Positions 17,478 to 27,467 are shown, counted from the stretch's first letter. The stretch: DNA of 44,386 nucleotides from Acidimicrobiales bacterium (GCA_041584095.1 JBFHEP010000001.1:1-44386); one strand, 5' to 3'. A program made the numbers and translations. The notes: generated by a model from the sequence alone, not told the origin.

Positions 17478-18056
17478 TCAGGGAGTCAGATCGCCGTCGA
17501 GCACCCGTTTCGCGACGGCCTTCATCGACGACCGTGTGCTCATCGCCGTCTGCTGAAGGAATCGAAAGGCTGAATTCTCACCAAGGTCGTGCTGATCCAT
17601 CAGCACGCCTTTTGCCCGGTCGACCAGCTTGCGGGTCTCGAGTTGATCGCTCAGCGACTCCGACTGTTCCGACAGTGCCACCAGTTCGCGGAACCGAGCC
17701 GATGCGAGCTCGACAGTGGCCACCAGTTCCGACTGTTGATACGGCTTGATCAGATAGGCCAGGGCGCCGGCCTCGGTGGCCTCCTGGATGAGCTCGCGCT
17801 GCGAGAACGCGGTCAGCACGACCACTGCGCACAGCCGCTGCGACACCATCTGTCGTGCGGCTTCGAGTCCACCGACGTTCGGCATCTTGATATCGACGAT
17901 GGCCACGTCGGGACGTAGCTCGCGAGCCAGTGCGACGGCCTCCGCTCCATCGCCCGCCTCGCCGACGACCTCATATCCCTCGTCGGTGAGCGCCTCGACG
18001 AGATCGAGGCGAATCAGGGGCTCGTCCTCGGCGATGATGATTTGTTTCGCGCACAC
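17478..18056 (-). CDS. pdtaR: ANTAR-domain response regulator (PdtaR-like)
   Basis: REC domain IIIAEDEPLIRLDL...VAIVDIKMPNVGG, plus a C-terminal ANTAR region LETRKLVDRAKGVLMDQHDLGENSAFRFLQQTAMSTRSSMKAVAKRVL. Its position next to polA matches mycobacterial synteny. Confidence 0.85.
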   Translation of the reverse strand: MCAKQIIIAEDEPLIRLDLVEALTDEGYEVVGEAGDGAEAVALARELRPDVAIVDIKMPNVGGLEAARQMVSQRLCAVVVLTAFSQRELIQEATEAGALAYLIKPYQQSELVATVELASARFRELVALSEQSESLSDQLETRKLVDRAKGVLMDQHDLGENSAFRFLQQTAMSTRSSMKAVAKRVLDGDLTP

Positions 18057-18062
18057 TGTTGA

Positions 18063-18353
18063 CTAGCGAGCCTTCGTGAGTTGATCGAGCAGTTCGTCCT
18101 GCTGAACCTCGAGCTTTTGCAGGCGACGAATCATGGTCTCCCGGTCACGGCGAAGCGCTCCGACCGCCTTCTGAGCGTCGCGTTGCTCGGCCGCCGCCAG
18201 CGGAGTCTCCGAAACAAGGGACCGTAGCCGGGAGTCCTCGGCTTCGTCGCTCACTTGCAGCAATTGTTCGTCGAGTACCCTCAGATCATCGCGCAGCTTA
18301 CGCATCTCAGTGGAAACCGAGGTCAACTTCTTCTCGATCGACGGACGAAACAA
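18063..18353 (-). CDS. Small (96 aa) predicted coiled-coil protein, function unknown
   Basis: TTG start at 18353 with GGGAGG 5 nt upstream. Heptad-like charged sequence (KLRDDLRVLDEQLLQV...RRLQKLEVQQDELLDQL). The stop is 6 nt upstream of the pdtaR-like start. Confidence 0.55.
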   Translation of the reverse strand: MFRPSIEKKLTSVSTEMRKLRDDLRVLDEQLLQVSDEAEDSRLRSLVSETPLAAAEQRDAQKAVGALRRDRETMIRRLQKLEVQQDELLDQLTKAR

Positions 18354-18456
18354 CGGAACCTCCCCAAGGGCACCGACCCCCGGCGCTCATGCCCACTTGT
18401 CCGATCCAGGGGCTCTGAACCGGGTCGGACGAGGGCCGATGACGGGATATCGATTG

Positions 18457-18539
<83 letters not shown>

Positions 18540-18660
18540 CTGTTTCGTGCGGCTCGTGACGTTGTCGCTGCCCGGCTGATTCTACATGGCCGCTCGTGGG
18601 GTGGTGTGGACTTGTTCCACGTGGGTAACGTTCTCGCCCGGATATCGGTCAGATGATGTA

Positions 18661-19860
18661 ATGAGTGCGGTGATGATTGCTTTCACGTTCCCCGGCCAGG
18701 GTTCTCAATCCCCCGGAATGGGTGAAGCCTGGACCGACCACCCCAGTTGGGAGCTGGTCGACGAGGCGTCGGATGCCTCGGACCGTGACATCGCCCACCT
18801 GCTTTTGAGAGCCGGCGCCGATGAACTGAGAGAAACCCGCAACTCCCAGCTGTCGACGTACGTCGTGAGCATGATCGTGCTCGACGCCGTGGAGCGTACG
18901 GGACTGGAGCCGGCATTTCACGCCGGTCACAGCCTCGGTGAGTACTCCGCCCTGACGGCGTCCGGTGCTCTCGGCTTCTCGGCCGGTGTGCAGCTGGTCA
19001 CCGAACGGGGCGAGGCCATGCAGGCCGCAGCCGACGACACCGACGGCACGATGGCGGCGGTCCTCGGGCTCGACGACGAGAAGGTCGACCTGGCCTGCCG
19101 GCGGGCCGACGGTGAGGTGTGGGTCGCCAACTACAACTCGGCCGGACAGGTCGTGATCGCCGGTGATCCCGACGGCATCACCAAAGCCGGTGAACTGGCC
19201 AGGGATCTTGGCGCCAAACGCGTCATGCCGATCAACGTGGGTGGTGCTTTCCACACTCCGTTCATGTCGCCGGCCCGCGATCGACTGCGCAAGGCGTTGG
19301 CCGAGGTTGAGTTCCGAGCCCCGAACCGACCGGTGTTCGCCAATGTCGACGCGCTGCCCCACAGTGAGGCCTCCGAATGGCCCGGCCTTCTGGGTGCCCA
19401 GCTGACGAGCCCGGTGTTGTGGCGGCACACCCTCCACGCTCTCGACGAGGCGGGAGCCACCGTGTTTCTCGAACTCGGACCGGGCACGACACTGACCGGT
19501 CTGATCAAGCGAACGGTCAAGGGCAAGACCGCCCTCTCGGTCAACACCCCGGCCGATGTCGACGCGCTCCTGGAACGTCTGTCGGGCGCGTCGAAATCGG
19601 GCGGCGGGGTCGAGGGTGAACGGCTCTACGCCGTCGAACGCCTGATCGTGAGCCCGGCCACCGGCGTGTTCGAGCCGGTCGACGATCTGGCCGACGGCCA
19701 GGAGATCCGCGTCGGGCAGCCGGTCGGTCGGGTCGGCGAGACGGAGGTTCGTTCGGCGTTCGAGGGTTCGCTGCAGGGGCTCCTGGCGCTCGCCGGCGAA
19801 CGTGTCACCACATCCCAACCACTAGCGTGGCTGCGTAGCGCCTCGCTCGGAACACCGTAA
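18661..19860 (+). CDS. fabD: Malonyl-CoA:ACP transacylase FabD with a ~90 aa C-terminal biotinyl/lipoyl-like domain that lacks the modifiable lysine
   Basis: FTFPGQGSQSPGMG and the active-site GHSLGEYSAL. The start is taken at ATG 18661 (the track ORF begins at 18586). The C-terminal extension is ERLIVSPATGVFEPV...GQEIRVGQPVGRVGETEVRSAFEGSLQGLLALAGERVTTSQPLAWL. Confidence 0.85.
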   Translation: MSAVMIAFTFPGQGSQSPGMGEAWTDHPSWELVDEASDASDRDIAHLLLRAGADELRETRNSQLSTYVVSMIVLDAVERTGLEPAFHAGHSLGEYSALTASGALGFSAGVQLVTERGEAMQAAADDTDGTMAAVLGLDDEKVDLACRRADGEVWVANYNSAGQVVIAGDPDGITKAGELARDLGAKRVMPINVGGAFHTPFMSPARDRLRKALAEVEFRAPNRPVFANVDALPHSEASEWPGLLGAQLTSPVLWRHTLHALDEAGATVFLELGPGTTLTGLIKRTVKGKTALSVNTPADVDALLERLSGASKSGGGVEGERLYAVERLIVSPATGVFEPVDDLADGQEIRVGQPVGRVGETEVRSAFEGSLQGLLALAGERVTTSQPLAWLRSASLGTP

Positions 19861-19916
19861 CCCGTGCTCATTCGCCTCCGCCCGAACACCCGCCCGCTCC
19901 CACAAGGAACGTCGAC

Positions 19917-20939
19917 ATGACCGACAATCAAACGGGAACCCGTCAAACGAGAGACAGTCTCGGCCCGCTGACGAGCCCGGACGGCGTTACCGCCGCCGGT
20001 ATCGGCCCGTGGGGCTTCAACATCAGCGGCGTGGGCGCCGCTCTGCCCGACAAGATTCTCACCAACCACGATCTGACGGCGTGGATGGACACCACCGACG
20101 AGTGGATTCGGGAGCGAACCGGCATCGGCGAGCGCCGGATCGGCGGGTCCACGTCGGGTCTCGCCACAGAGGCGGCCAGGATCGCGCTGGCCGAGGCCTC
20201 GGTCGACGCCGCCGACATCGACCAGGTCATCCTTGCCACGACGTCACCCGACTACATCTGCCCCGGTACCGCACCGGCAGTCGCCAACGAACTGGGGCTG
20301 TCCTGTGGGGCCTTCGACGTCCAGGCCGCCTGCTCGGGCTGGGTCTACGGCTTGATCGTCGCCAACGGGCTCCTGTTGCAGGGCATGGATCGGATCCTGG
20401 TCATTGGCGCGGAGTCGCTCGACCGCATCACCGACTATCACGATCGGGGAACCGGCATCCTGTTCGGCAACGGAGCCGGCGCCGCCGTGGTCGAACGTAC
20501 CGGTGACGGAGGTGGCCGGCTGCTGAGCTGGGATCTCGGCTCGGCCGGCAACTTCGTTCACATCCTCTATGCCGAGCACGGCGACGTGCTCAAGATGGAC
20601 GGCAAGGAGGTGTTCCGCCAGGCGGTCACCGTCATCCAGCATTCGGCCAAGACATCGCTCGAACGGGCCGGCCTGACCGTTGACGACATCGACCTCGTCA
20701 TCCCCCACCAGGCCAACATCCGGATCGTCGAGTCGGCGTGGCGCAAACTCGGCTTCTCGATGGACAAGACGGCGATGGTGCTCGAACGAACCGGCAACAC
20801 GTCGGCCGCGTCGATCCCCCTGGCCTTGAAGGAGGCCGAACTGAACGGGCGGGTGAACCCCGGTGACACGGTGATGTTCATCGGTTTCGGGGCCGGTATG
20901 ACCTGGGCCAGCGCCATCGTCGAGTGGGGAGAAGAGTGA
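19917..20939 (+). CDS. fabH: Beta-ketoacyl-ACP synthase III
   Basis: DTTDEWIRERTGIGERR, active-site AACSGWVYGL, HQANIRI, GNTSAASIPL. AAGGAA lies upstream of the ATG. Confidence 0.9.
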   Translation: MTDNQTGTRQTRDSLGPLTSPDGVTAAGIGPWGFNISGVGAALPDKILTNHDLTAWMDTTDEWIRERTGIGERRIGGSTSGLATEAARIALAEASVDAADIDQVILATTSPDYICPGTAPAVANELGLSCGAFDVQAACSGWVYGLIVANGLLLQGMDRILVIGAESLDRITDYHDRGTGILFGNGAGAAVVERTGDGGGRLLSWDLGSAGNFVHILYAEHGDVLKMDGKEVFRQAVTVIQHSAKTSLERAGLTVDDIDLVIPHQANIRIVESAWRKLGFSMDKTAMVLERTGNTSAASIPLALKEAELNGRVNPGDTVMFIGFGAGMTWASAIVEWGEE

Positions 20940-21658
20940 ACCGGATCGCTTTCGTGACCGGCGGAAGCCGTGGTATCGGCCTGGCCACCGCCCGGGCGTT
21001 GGCCGACGACGGTCATCAAGTGATCATCGGCTCCCGGTCGAAGCCCGACGATCTCGACCCGGCACTGACCTGGGTCCAGTGCGATATCACCGATGGCGAC
21101 TCGATCAACGGCGCCTTCGACGAGATCGAGTCCACGTTCGGTCCGGCGTCGATCGTGGTGGCCAACGCGGGCATTACCCGCGACAAGCTGGTGCTGCGAA
21201 TGTCGGAAGACGATTTCTGCGAAGTAGTCGACGCCAACCTGACCGGCGCGTTTCGGGTGGCCAAAAGGGCCATTCGGCCCATGATGAAGAACCGATGGGG
21301 GCGAATCGTGCTGATGTCGTCGGTGGTCGGTGCCCTGGGACAGGCCGGCCAGGCCAACTACGCAGCATCAAAGGCCGGTCTCGTCGGCCTGGGTCGATCG
21401 CTCGCCCGCGAGTTCGCCTCCCGCGGGATCACTGTCAATCTGATCGCCCCCGGGCCCGTGGAAACCGACATGCTGGCCGCCGCCGGCGACGGCACCATCG
21501 AGGCGATGGTGGCTGCGGTTCCCGTCGGCCGGATCGGCCGCCCCGAGGAAGTGGCGGCCGCGGTCTCCTTTCTGACCTCCGAGCAGGCCGGCTACATCAC
21601 CGGCGCGACCATTCCCGTCGACGGCGGGTTGGGTATGGGTGGCGGCTTTGGAGGCTAG
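20936..21658 (+). CDS. fabG: 3-oxoacyl-ACP reductase (SDR family)
   Basis: IAFVTGGSRGIG, NAG, YAASKAGLVG. The GTG at 20936 overlaps the fabH stop (GTGA). The track alternative at 20924 is in the same frame. Confidence 0.85.
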   Translation: MNRIAFVTGGSRGIGLATARALADDGHQVIIGSRSKPDDLDPALTWVQCDITDGDSINGAFDEIESTFGPASIVVANAGITRDKLVLRMSEDDFCEVVDANLTGAFRVAKRAIRPMMKNRWGRIVLMSSVVGALGQAGQANYAASKAGLVGLGRSLAREFASRGITVNLIAPGPVETDMLAAAGDGTIEAMVAAVPVGRIGRPEEVAAAVSFLTSEQAGYITGATIPVDGGLGMGGGFGG

Positions 21659-21698
21659 ATTCAAGTGAGCAACGAGAAACAGTTCCAGGAGGAACACT

Positions 21699-21938
21699 GT
21701 GAGTGATGATTCGAAGTTCGAGGCATTCCAGAAGTGCGCCGTCGAGGTGCTCTCGGTTGATGCCGACAAGGTGACCCGCGAGGCCCGATTCGCCGAGGAC
21801 CTCGACGCCGACAGCCTCGACCTGGTCGAGCTCGTCATGGCGCTCGAAGAGGAGTTCGGTGTCTCGGTCGAGGAGGAGGAGCTGGAAGGCATCGAGACTG
21901 TGGGCGCCGCCTATGATCTGGTGGTAGGGAAGATCTGA
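21699..21938 (+). CDS. acpP: Acyl carrier protein
   Basis: 79 aa with the phosphopantetheine site [26 protein letters not shown] lies upstream of the GTG start. Confidence 0.93.
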   Translation: MSDDSKFEAFQKCAVEVLSVDADKVTREARFAEDLDADSLDLVELVMALEEEFGVSVEEEELEGIETVGAAYDLVVGKI

Positions 21939-23110
21939 TGAACAGGGCGGTCGCCGTCACCGGCGTCGGGGTGGTGGCACCCTGCGGTATCGGGCCGGAC
22001 GCTTTCTGGGAGGGTCTTCTTCGCCCGCCGGTCGACGGCGATCGCGTCATTCCGGACTGGGATCCATCGCCGTGGTTCGCCAATCCGAAGGAGGCCCGTC
22101 GGGCCGATCGTTTCACTCAGTTCGCCCTGGCGGCGACCGACATGGCCTTGGAGCAGGCCGGCGATGTAGCCGCCGACCCGGCTCGAATGGGTGTCATGAT
22201 CGGCACGGGCATCGGTGGCATCCGAACCAACGAGGAACAGATCATCATCCGCCACGAGAAGGGCGATCGACGAGTGTCGCCGTTCCTCATTCCGATGATG
22301 ATGCCCAACGCGGCAGCGGCCAGCGCCTCGATGCGTCACGGGTTCCAGGGCCCGTGCGAAGCCATTGTCACCGCCTGCGCCGCCGGCACCCACTCGATCG
22401 GCGCGGCGCTCAACACGATCCGGATGGGTCGCTGCGATGTGATGCTGGCCGGAGGCAGCGAAACTCCGACCTGTCCGACCGCGCTGGCGGGGTTCAGCAA
22501 CATGACCGCACTGTCGTCCACCGGCGAATCCCGGCCGTTCGACGTTCGACGCAACGGCTTCGTCATCGCCGAGGGTGCCGCTGTTCTCGTCCTGGAGGAG
22601 CTGGACCACGCGAAAGCCAGAGGGGCCGAGATCCTGGCTCTTGTCATGGGCACGGCAAGCACGGCCGACGCGCACCACATCACGGCTCCGGCGCCGGGGG
22701 GTTTGGGAGCGGTCCGCTGTATGGAACTCGCCCTTTCCGATGCCGGTCTGTCGGCCGGCGACATCGTTCAGATCAACGCCCACGGGACCTCCACCCCGCT
22801 CAACGACGCCGCCGAGGCCGAGGCCATCACCAAGGTCTTCGGGGCGCCAGGTCCGCCCGTCACCTCGACCAAGGGTGTCACCGGTCACGCATTGGGCGCA
22901 GCCGGAGCGCTCGAGGCGGCGGCGGTGGTCATGTCGATCCGGAGGAAGCTGATTCCGCCGACCATGGGCTTCGCCGAACGGGATCCGGAGCTACCGGAAA
23001 TCGACATCGTGGCCGGCGAGGCCCGATCCTGGACGCCCGGTGCGGCGATCTCCAACAGCTTCGGCTTCGGTGGTCACAACGGCTCGATCATCATCGGACC
23101 AGCCGAATAG
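21938..23110 (+). CDS. fabF: Beta-ketoacyl-ACP synthase II
   Basis: Active-site ACAAGTHSIG, HHITAP, NAHGTSTPLND, SFGFGGHNG. TGATG overlap with the acpP stop. Confidence 0.92.
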   Translation: MNRAVAVTGVGVVAPCGIGPDAFWEGLLRPPVDGDRVIPDWDPSPWFANPKEARRADRFTQFALAATDMALEQAGDVAADPARMGVMIGTGIGGIRTNEEQIIIRHEKGDRRVSPFLIPMMMPNAAAASASMRHGFQGPCEAIVTACAAGTHSIGAALNTIRMGRCDVMLAGGSETPTCPTALAGFSNMTALSSTGESRPFDVRRNGFVIAEGAAVLVLEELDHAKARGAEILALVMGTASTADAHHITAPAPGGLGAVRCMELALSDAGLSAGDIVQINAHGTSTPLNDAAEAEAITKVFGAPGPPVTSTKGVTGHALGAAGALEAAAVVMSIRRKLIPPTMGFAERDPELPEIDIVAGEARSWTPGAAISNSFGFGGHNGSIIIGPAE

Positions 23111-23117
23111 CATCCCC

Positions 23118-23552
23118 TCAGGCGTCGGCCAACACGAACATCAGCTCGGCCTGACAGGCGGTCGTACCGTCGACGGAGGCCACGGCGTCGCCCTTACCCG
23201 CTCGGCCGGTGAGCCGGGTCAGCTCGACCCGCACGTCGAGCTTTTCCCCCGGAACGACCTGGCGTCGGAACTTCACCCTGGACGTGCCGGCCAGCAGCGG
23301 GATCTTGCCGGTGAATCGAGGGTCGGACAACACGCCGCAGGCGCCGATCTGAGCCAGCGATTCGAGCATCAGAACACCGGGCAGCGTCGGCCGACCGGGG
23401 AAATGGCCGGGGAAGAACCACTCGTCGCCGGTCAGAAACCAAGTCCCCCTTGCCAACCGCCCCGGGATCAGCTCGGTGATCTCGTCGAGCAGGAGGAACG
23501 GGGTTCGATGGGGCAACAGCTCGGTTGGATGGGGATACTCGCCGCTACTCAT
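23118..23552 (-). CDS. fabZ: 3-hydroxyacyl-ACP dehydratase (FabZ-like hotdog fold)
   Basis: LLPHRTPFLLLDEI...FFPGHFPGRPTLPGVLMLESLAQ. I chose the ATG at 23552 (MSSGEYPHP...). The track extension to 23651 runs through the hup terminator hairpin. Confidence 0.85.
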   Translation of the reverse strand: MSSGEYPHPTELLPHRTPFLLLDEITELIPGRLARGTWFLTGDEWFFPGHFPGRPTLPGVLMLESLAQIGACGVLSDPRFTGKIPLLAGTSRVKFRRQVVPGEKLDVRVELTRLTGRAGKGDAVASVDGTTACQAELMFVLADA

Positions 23553-23618
23553 GGTGGCCCCAAGAGTAACCGGCTGTAAGTGGTCGGGTGGGACCAGCGG
23601 CTGCGAAGGACGTGACGG

Positions 23619-23652
23619 AAAACGGCGATGGACGCCCGTTTGGGCGTCCATC
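23619..23652 (-). terminator. Intrinsic terminator downstream of hup
   Basis: Perfect 11-bp inverted repeat GATGGACGCCC-aaac-GGGCGTCCATC (23627-23637 and 23642-23652), followed on the minus strand by GCCGTTTTCC. Confidence 0.75.
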
Positions 23653-23761
23653 CCGGTAGAGGCACGATCGGAACCACCATTGTGGCGCCTCAGCGACCTC
23701 CAGTCCCCGCTACTGGGCGGCGGGACCAGTTGTTGGGCGGTAGGTACTCGTCAGTGGCGAA

Positions 23762-24040
23762 TCAGCTACCTTTGCCGGCGGCCTTGAGCTTGGTCAGGGC
23801 ACTCACCTTGGTGGCGGTGGACGCTGGAATCTGCATCTTCTCGCCCGTCTGGGGGTTGTGACCCATTCGGGCCTTGCGGTTGACCCGCTCGACCTTCAGC
23901 CAACCCTGAATCGTCACGTCGCCACCGTCGGAAACGGTGTCGGCCATCACGTCGAACATTCCGGCGATGGAAGCCTCGACGTCCTTCTTGCTCACGCCGG
24001 TGCGATCGGCGACATTGTCTATTAGCTCTGATTTGTTCAT
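23762..24040 (-). CDS. hup: HU-family nucleoid-associated DNA-binding protein
   Basis: MNKSELIDNVADRTGVSKKDVEA...ARMGHNPQTGEKMQIPA. AAGGAG lies upstream of the ATG at 24040. Confidence 0.9.
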   Translation of the reverse strand: MNKSELIDNVADRTGVSKKDVEASIAGMFDVMADTVSDGGDVTIQGWLKVERVNRKARMGHNPQTGEKMQIPASTATKVSALTKLKAAGKGS

Positions 24041-24420
24041 GCGAACTCCTTTGGGGTATCGGCCCGCCACTTCGGGGGACTCTGGAAAGTGGAGCCTCCG
24101 CGAATCACAATGTCAAGGATTTAGCCATCATTCACCTGGCTGAAACCCGCGCCATCAGTGCGGAATCGGGCCGTCTGTGCGAATCACAAGGTGCCAGCAA
24201 CACTATCCACTTTGCAACCTCGGCTGTCGGATAGCTCAACATTTCGTGCCGGACCGATGCCTGTCGATTCGACCGTCTTCAACGACGTCGAGGGCCTCAC
24301 GAACCACACGATCCGCCAGGTCGGTGCGTGCCGGAAGGCGATCGCACGTCATATCCTGTGGATCTGACGCCAATCGATGCGCGCTCGTGGGCAGCGGCGC
24401 CCGCCGGACCGCTCCGAGAG

Positions 24421-24446
24421 GGAATAGATTCAGGTTGCGGCCAGTT
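24421..24446 (+). promoter_or_regulatory. SigR/SigH-type ECF promoter (GGAAT-N18-GTT) immediately upstream of the sigma gene
   Basis: GGAAT at 24421-24425, an exactly 18-nt spacer, GTT at 24444-24446. The sigma ATG is at 24456, only 9 nt past the GTT. Confidence 0.65.
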
Positions 24447-24455
24447 CCGAAGTGG

Positions 24456-25016
24456 ATGGTGACGTTGGTGGATTCCTCGAAGACAACGAACGACAGCCGA
24501 TTCGACGACTACGTACTTCCCGAACTCGAGGTGCTGTACCGCACCGCCTGGTCGCTGACCCGATCCGACGCCGACGCCCAGGATCTGATGCAGGACACGC
24601 TGCTGCGGGCCTACCGGTCCATCGATCGGTTCGACGGCCGCTACCCACGGGCGTGGCTGCTCACGATCATGCGCAACGCGAACATCAACCGGGTGCGCAA
24701 AAAGAAGCCGGACCTGCTGAACGACCCGGATCTGACGTTCGAGCGGTCCCAGGATTTCGCCGACCACGATGACCCGGAGGCACTTGTCGTTTCGCCAGTG
24801 CTCGATGCAGCCATCGAGGATGCGTTCCGACAGCTCTCGGACGACTTTCGCGAGGTCGTGGAACTGGTCGACCTCGACGGTCTCGCCTATCAGGAGGCGG
24901 CCAATGTTCTCGGCATACCGGTTGGAACGGTCATGAGCCGGCTCCACCGGGCCCGAGGTCGAATACGTGAACATCTGAAGCAAACAGGTTTGGACCAGGA
25001 GGTGAGGACCCGATGA
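24456..25016 (+). CDS. sigH: ECF sigma factor, SigH/SigR-like
   Basis: Region 2 DAQDLMQDTLLRAYRSIDRFDGRYPRAWLLTIMRNANINRVRKK; region 4 YQEAANVLGIPVGTVMSRLHRARGRIREHL. I chose the ATG at 24456; the track ORF from 24177 is an unlikely extension. Confidence 0.85.
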   Translation: MVTLVDSSKTTNDSRFDDYVLPELEVLYRTAWSLTRSDADAQDLMQDTLLRAYRSIDRFDGRYPRAWLLTIMRNANINRVRKKKPDLLNDPDLTFERSQDFADHDDPEALVVSPVLDAAIEDAFRQLSDDFREVVELVDLDGLAYQEAANVLGIPVGTVMSRLHRARGRIREHLKQTGLDQEVRTR

Positions 25017-25288
25017 GACGACTCCTTGATCGCCTTCGAGGCTCAATGTCCTGCGGCGACGTGCTCAAGGTGATCCAGTCTTACATCGACGGCGAGATCG
25101 ACGCCGACACGGCTCGCAAAGTGGCGGCCCATCTCGACCAGTGCCACCCCTGCACCGACGAGGAGCATCTCTACGCTCAGATCAAGGCATCACTTGCTCG
25201 ACGTCGTCGCCAGGTCGACATGGACGTGCTCGAGCAGCTGATGTCCTACGGTGAACGCCTCAAGACCGAACCGAGTCACGGCGACTGA
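25013..25288 (+). CDS. rshA: ZAS-family anti-sigma factor (RsrA/RshA-like)
   Basis: HLDQCHPC is the H-x3-C-x2-C motif, with an upstream Cys (MSCGD) 26 residues before the His. ATGA overlap with the sigma stop. An alternative in-frame start is at 25046. Confidence 0.8.
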   Translation: MRRLLDRLRGSMSCGDVLKVIQSYIDGEIDADTARKVAAHLDQCHPCTDEEHLYAQIKASLARRRRQVDMDVLEQLMSYGERLKTEPSHGD

Positions 25289-25347
25289 CCCAGGCTCCGA
25301 CCAGGAATTGGTGGCCATCGGCGTAGGCCGGTGCTACGATCACCAGA

Positions 25348-25392
25348 GTGTTGCTGCTGCTCGACCTTCGACTTCTGAACCCGGCCGCTTAG
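25348..25392 (+). promoter_or_regulatory. Candidate Leu-rich leader peptide (attenuator) upstream of leuA
   Basis: GTG TTG CTG CTG CTC GAC CTT CGA CTT CTG AAC CCG GCC GCT TAG encodes M-L-L-L-L-D-L-R-L-L-N-P-A-A. That is 7 Leu codons in a 14-codon ORF, 263 nt upstream of leuA. Confidence 0.6.
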
Positions 25393-25523
25393 TCAAGCGC
25401 GTCGGGATTCAACACGTCGAAGTTCAAGCGTCTCAGTCGCCCGGCCCCGCACCGGTGCCGTCGCAGCAGCACCCTGGGTCTCGTCCGCTCACCGTGAGCC
25501 GACCCCCGACCTGTGGTGATTGA

Positions 25524-27365
<1,842 letters not shown>

Positions 27366-27371
27366 TCCCCC

Positions 27372-27451
27372 GGGGCGCCGTTCCTCGGCCACCGTAGGAC
27401 TGTGCGCTGCAGATGCGAAAACCCGGGTCTGTAGCGCACAGAGGGCGCCCC
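27372..27451. terminator. Nested inverted repeat between the convergent leuA and DUF3179 genes (candidate bidirectional terminator)
   Basis: Outer pair GGGGCGCC (27372-27379) and GGCGCCCC (27444-27451). Inner pair CTGTGCGCT (27400-27408) and AGCGCACAG (27433-27441). There is no clear U-tract. Confidence 0.45.
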
Positions 27452-27467
27452 CTCTGCCGTTCGCCGA

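Noticed and set aside
24177-24455. A 93-codon N-terminal extension of the ECF sigma ORF.
   Set aside because: The extension has no sigma-like sequence. It would also be translated across the GGAAT-N18-GTT promoter that sits directly upstream of the internal ATG.
25448-25499. The short palindromes GCACCGGTGC and GCTCAC-C-GTGAGC in the leuA leader region, considered as terminator stems.
   Set aside because: As RNA hairpins their loops would be too small (0-1 nt). They may contribute to larger folds, but I cannot call them as independent elements.
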